From a virus: a stretch of 64,000 nt of DNA. The notes beneath the pieces were generated by a model, which worked only from the letters and a program-made list of their open reading frames with translations, searched no databases and was not told where the DNA came from. The DNA is taken from IMG/VR virus record IMGVR_UViG_3300034069_000660, positions 1 to 64,000 of that record. One strand, written 5' to 3'. The position numbers and the translations under genes were made by a program. This document shows, piece after piece, positions 60,876-64,000 of this stretch; the first letter of the stretch is position 1, and every line of letters begins with the position of its first letter.

Positions 60876-61507
60876 ACAACTGTCCGAAGAATGCCGCCGA
60901 AGCTGCGAAACACGTCTCCGGCGCGACGATCGCGTGGGGTGGGGGCAATTATTTCGACTTCGAGAACCCCGAGGCGACCACGATGACGATCGAGGACTAC
61001 GCCTACGCGCTGGCATATACCGTGAGATGGCGCGGTCAGGCCCGATCCGGGGGGCGTCGGGTCTTCTACGGCGTCGGCGAGCATTGTGTGAGGGGTGCTG
61101 AAGCTATGCTGGTCGATGGTCACAGCCCCGTCGACGCGCTGGCGTTCCTGATGCACGAGTCCGGCGAGGTGCCGTTCGGTGATACGCCCGGCCCGGTGAA
61201 GCCGCTCATGGGCGATGGCTTCCGGGCTGTGATCAAGCGCTGTGGTGCCGCGATTGATGCCCGGTTTGGGGTGATCTGTCCGGACCCGGCCTTGATCAAG
61301 CGCTGGGATATCCGGATGCTGGTCACGGAGAAGCGCGACCTGCTGGCTGGTCATGAAGGCGAGGTCTGGGACAATGGTGGTTCGAATCAGACCTCGACGG
61401 ACGGATATGCACCGCTGCCGGGCCGCATCGTGCCGTTCGACCATCCGGACGAGGCCGCCGAACGGTTCCTGCTGATCGAACGAATGCTGCGGAGACAGAT
61501 CGGATGA
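60869..61507 (+). CDS. HD-superfamily-like phosphohydrolase homologue (HD motif reads HE)
   Basis: IEDYAYALAYTVRWRGQ..YGVGEHC..FLMHESGEVPFGD resembles phage HD-domain proteins. The resemblance is weak. Confidence 0.45.
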   Translation: MLNNCPKNAAEAAKHVSGATIAWGGGNYFDFENPEATTMTIEDYAYALAYTVRWRGQARSGGRRVFYGVGEHCVRGAEAMLVDGHSPVDALAFLMHESGEVPFGDTPGPVKPLMGDGFRAVIKRCGAAIDARFGVICPDPALIKRWDIRMLVTEKRDLLAGHEGEVWDNGGSNQTSTDGYAPLPGRIVPFDHPDEAAERFLLIERMLRRQIG

Positions 61508-61713
61508 CACAGAACGAACAGTTGCTGACGCGCCTGCGCGTCGGTCCCGTCGAGCCCCTGACCGCCTTGCACGAACTAGGCATCTATCGCCTCGGTGCCC
61601 GCATCTTCGAATTGAAGGCCGCCGGGCACGTCATTGAAGCCGAACGGGTGACCGTGAAGAACCGCAACGGTGGCACGACCAGCTATGCCCGATACACCTT
61701 GAAGGAAGCCTGA
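61504..61713 (+). CDS. Winged-helix DNA-binding protein (HTH_39-like, 69 aa)
   Basis: PLTALHELGIYRLGARIFELKAAGHVI pattern. Confidence 0.55.
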   Translation: MTQNEQLLTRLRVGPVEPLTALHELGIYRLGARIFELKAAGHVIEAERVTVKNRNGGTTSYARYTLKEA

Positions 61714-61883
61714 TGGTCCCGGCGACGTACATCATCCGCCGCAACAGCCGGCAGGGCGGCGTCACGCTCTCCCTGTTGGGCAGCTGGGGTAACCTGCCCT
61801 ATCCCTGTCCGGATAGGGCGCGCGACGCCGCCGTGAAGGATGCCGCCGGGGCACCGCACCTGATCGAGCGGCAAGGCTGCTGA
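61713..61883 (+). CDS. Possible small protein (56 aa)
   Basis: Not in the ORF track. ATG overlaps the upstream TGA (TGATG). Translation MVPATYIIRRNSRQGG...ERQGC. Confidence 0.35.
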   Translation: MVPATYIIRRNSRQGGVTLSLLGSWGNLPYPCPDRARDAAVKDAAGAPHLIERQGC

Positions 61884-61885
61884 CG

Positions 61886-62074
61886 ATGATCAGCGTCGAT
61901 CCTGTCGGCAACCGCTGGACGTGGCGGATGATCGGTGCCTGCGGCGCGACGCTGGTCTATACCGACCAGACATGGGCGAGCGACCTTGACGCTTTCGCCG
62001 CCGGGCGGGCCTATCGCGCCGCGTTCTGGGCAATGGCTGGTCGGATCGATCACAGGATGGGTGCCTGCATATGA
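61886..62074 (+). CDS. Hypothetical protein (62 aa)
   Basis: ORF track. ATGA overlap with the next gene. Confidence 0.4.
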   Translation: MISVDPVGNRWTWRMIGACGATLVYTDQTWASDLDAFAAGRAYRAAFWAMAGRIDHRMGACI

Positions 62075-62838
62075 CTGACCTGTTCAGCACCGAAGCGGAG
62101 TTGGTGGCGTCGTGGCTGCGCCACGAATTCGGCAGGTGTGGCAATCGCTCCGGCGACTGGCTGGTCTATCCGGAATCGTCGGGATGGGACCTGCTGCTGG
62201 TCCACCGCGACGGCTATCAGATCGGGATCGAAGCGAAGCTGTCGCTGAACGCCAAGGTGATCGATCAGGCGCTGATCGGCCAGCATGGCAAATACGGCGT
62301 CGACGGTCCCGACTATCGCGCTGTGCTGGTTCCGGAAGGCAAGGTGCAGCTGCACCTCGGCAATATCTGCGAAGCGATCGGCATCCGCGTCCTGACGGCG
62401 CGCAAGCCCGAGAGTGACAGCTGGCACCACCTCGCCCTTCCCGACGAAGATAGCGCCTATGGACAGTGGCCGAACTGGCTTCCGTCGATCCGGTGCCCGG
62501 TGCCGGAGTATGTCCCCGACGTCGAGGCCGGCGTCGCGGCCCCGGTCCAGCTTACGCCGTGGAAGATCAAGGCGATCCGTCTCATGATCGTGCTGGAACG
62601 GCGTGGCTATGTCACCCGGGCGGACATGCGCGCGATCGGGATCAGTCCGTCGCGGTGGTGCGACGGCTTCGACAGCTTCCTTGATCGCGGCGACAAAGGC
62701 TATGTCCGGAGCAAGCGCACCCGGGACCTGAAGGCGCAGCATCCGGTCAACTGGGGTGAGATCGAAGCCGACTGGGACCAGTGGGCTATTCCGGCAGGGA
62801 TTATCGTGGATACACCGCCGACGCTGCCCGGCCTGTAG
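62071..62838 (+). CDS. Hypothetical protein (255 aa) with possible D...ExK nuclease-fold N-terminus and wHTH-like C-terminus
   Basis: The segment WDLLLVHRDGYQIGIEAKLS suggests a PD-(D/E)XK core. Inference only. Confidence 0.5.
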   Translation: MTDLFSTEAELVASWLRHEFGRCGNRSGDWLVYPESSGWDLLLVHRDGYQIGIEAKLSLNAKVIDQALIGQHGKYGVDGPDYRAVLVPEGKVQLHLGNICEAIGIRVLTARKPESDSWHHLALPDEDSAYGQWPNWLPSIRCPVPEYVPDVEAGVAAPVQLTPWKIKAIRLMIVLERRGYVTRADMRAIGISPSRWCDGFDSFLDRGDKGYVRSKRTRDLKAQHPVNWGEIEADWDQWAIPAGIIVDTPPTLPGL

Positions 62839-62876
62839 CGACGCGCTATTTTTCCTGACTAACGCGAAAACTCTTG

Positions 62877-62892
62877 CTGCGACGGTCGCAGT
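62877..62892 (+). promoter_or_regulatory. Palindromic operator/promoter element copy 3 (CTGCGAC-G-GTCGCAG)
   Basis: The plus strand reads CTTGCTGCGACGGTCGCAGTTTCCTACATGGG: TTGCTG-N17-TACATG. Lies in a 115-nt gap upstream of 62954. Confidence 0.5.
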
Positions 62893-62953
62893 TTCCTACA
62901 TGGGTGTCACAGGCCGACTCGGATACCGGGCGGCCCCCACCAAGGAAGCGACC

Positions 62954-63448
62954 ATGACTAAGATCAAGCACACTGCCACCGGTCCGAACGGCGAAGTCTT
63001 CACCCGCACCAGCAAGACCCGCGCATACTCGCATATGGCCTGTGGTCGCCCCTCCCTCGAATACGCGATGAAGACCGCGACCAGCGACAGCCAGCGCGCG
63101 GCCGATCTCCGCAACTTCGACCACTGGTTCAAGCTGTCGAACGGGACGTCGCGCTTTCTGGTTCGCAAAGCATGGGAGAAGGACGACGCCCAGTATGCAG
63201 ACCGCGTCGCAGGCGAGAGGGCGCGGGCCGATGAAGTTCTGAACGGCTCTGCAACCGCCGATGATTATGCCGCTTCGCAGCTGGCCGGTCGCATCGCGCG
63301 GATCGAGGCCGCCAAGGTCGCCGGCTACTATGACCGCTTCATCGACCTTGGTTGGTCGTCGCGTCTGGACCTTGCGCAGAAGGTCGCCGCCAGTGCCGGT
63401 GCCATGTACGCGGAAACCCGCGTAATCGAAGCGGTCCAGCAGGCCTAA
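62954..63448 (+). CDS. Hypothetical protein (164 aa)
   Basis: Start is M67 of ORF 62756-63448. AAGGAAG SD. Confidence 0.55.
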   Translation: MTKIKHTATGPNGEVFTRTSKTRAYSHMACGRPSLEYAMKTATSDSQRAADLRNFDHWFKLSNGTSRFLVRKAWEKDDAQYADRVAGERARADEVLNGSATADDYAASQLAGRIARIEAAKVAGYYDRFIDLGWSSRLDLAQKVAASAGAMYAETRVIEAVQQA

Positions 63449-63500
63449 CAACCCCGGGGGCTCCGGCCCCCACAGTCCTACCGCGTCACAAGGCAAAGCC

Positions 63501-63986
63501 ATGACCACCCCCGCCCCCACCAAGTCGCCCCGTGCCAAGGCTCCGAAGCCGACCATCAGCGAGCGCGCCCGCGAACGCATCTGTCCAGAGTGCAGCGGCC
63601 CGGTTGTGCGGCGCAATGCGAAGGGCCCGATGCCGACGTTCTGCGACGCGCAGGGGCCGGGGGTCTGCAAAAAGGCGCACGCGAACCGGCATATCGTCGA
63701 GGGGCGCGCGGTCATCGCTCTGTTGAAGGCGTGGCGCATCGATCGCGGTTCTGGTCCGATCGCGCAGGCCGCCTTCGCGCAGGTCTGCCAGATCGTTGAC
63801 CAGTTCAATGCACAGGACCTCGCCCACGTCGGGCCGAATGGCGAGCGCCGGCCCCGCGCCGATCTCTATGCCGCCAAGCTGCTGGCAGACGGTTCGCTCT
63901 TTCAGGATCGGCAGCGGCAGGCCGCCCTTGCCCGGGGGCTGGAAGCTACCGCTGCGATGGAGGCGAAGCGCGCCGCCGCAATCTAG
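63501..63986 (+). CDS. Hypothetical protein (161 aa) with N-terminal CPEC zinc-ribbon-like motif
   Basis: ORF track. Confidence 0.5.
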   Translation: MTTPAPTKSPRAKAPKPTISERARERICPECSGPVVRRNAKGPMPTFCDAQGPGVCKKAHANRHIVEGRAVIALLKAWRIDRGSGPIAQAAFAQVCQIVDQFNAQDLAHVGPNGERRPRADLYAAKLLADGSLFQDRQRQAALARGLEATAAMEAKRAAAI

Positions 63987-64000
63987 CCCTTGCTGCAACC

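Larger units (their letters stand above)
1..64000. mobile_element. Prophage with lambda-like siphovirus architecture; both ends lie outside the window
   Basis: Contiguous packaging, head, tail (gpM/L/K/I/J homologues), lysis, recombination and early modules. No host housekeeping genes recognised. Confidence 0.9.

Noticed and set aside
1-64000. CRISPR arrays, IS elements or transposases, integrase, rRNA.
   Set aside because: No regularly spaced direct repeats were seen. No DDE/transposase-like or tyrosine/serine recombinase-like translations appear in any frame of the ORF track.

Overview
The whole 64-kb window is prophage DNA. GC looks high (roughly 62-66% by eye). A MucR/Ros-type regulator suggests an alphaproteobacterial, possibly Sphingomonas-like, host; that is inference. 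All homology calls come from reading the translations by eye; nothing was searched or computed.

Layout:
(i) nt 52-1185: the end of a plus-strand operon with three Cys-rich unknown genes, closed by a strong intrinsic terminator.
(ii) nt 53324 down to 1409: a ~52-kb run of tightly packed minus-strand genes. In transcription order these are:
- a small HTH regulator, an orphan NPPY methyltransferase, a MucR/Ros homologue lacking the zinc ligands, an acyl carrier protein, RusA and a DUF1376 replication-associated protein;
- about 35 translationally coupled small unknown early genes, many zinc-ribbon-like, then an orphan DPPY methyltransferase;
- terS and terL;
- an accessory island: three small exported or unknown proteins, a tRNA-Met(CAU) with an initiator-like acceptor stem, and a low-GC 919-aa glycosidase-like ORF bracketed by direct repeats;
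- portal, MuF-like head protein, XkdF-type protease, scaffold, decoration protein and a lambda gpE-like capsid protein;
- two paralogous repeat proteins, neck and tail-terminator proteins, and a 505-aa tube protein;
- a G/GT chaperone pair with a GGGAAAC -1 slippery site, and a tape measure with an embedded M23 peptidase;
- lambda gpM, gpL and gpK homologues and a 2390-aa gpI-gpJ fusion with a modular, partly low-GC C-terminus;
- a low-GC accessory block with two polytopic membrane proteins, and a holin/muramidase lysis cassette.
(iii) nt 53455-63986: a plus-strand early operon with an SMC-like ATPase, a RecE-like PD-(D/E)XK nuclease, a DnaQ-like exonuclease, an Erf annealase, SSB, a Gp37/Gp68 (DUF5131) protein and others.

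No integrase, att site, CRISPR array, transposase or rRNA was seen.
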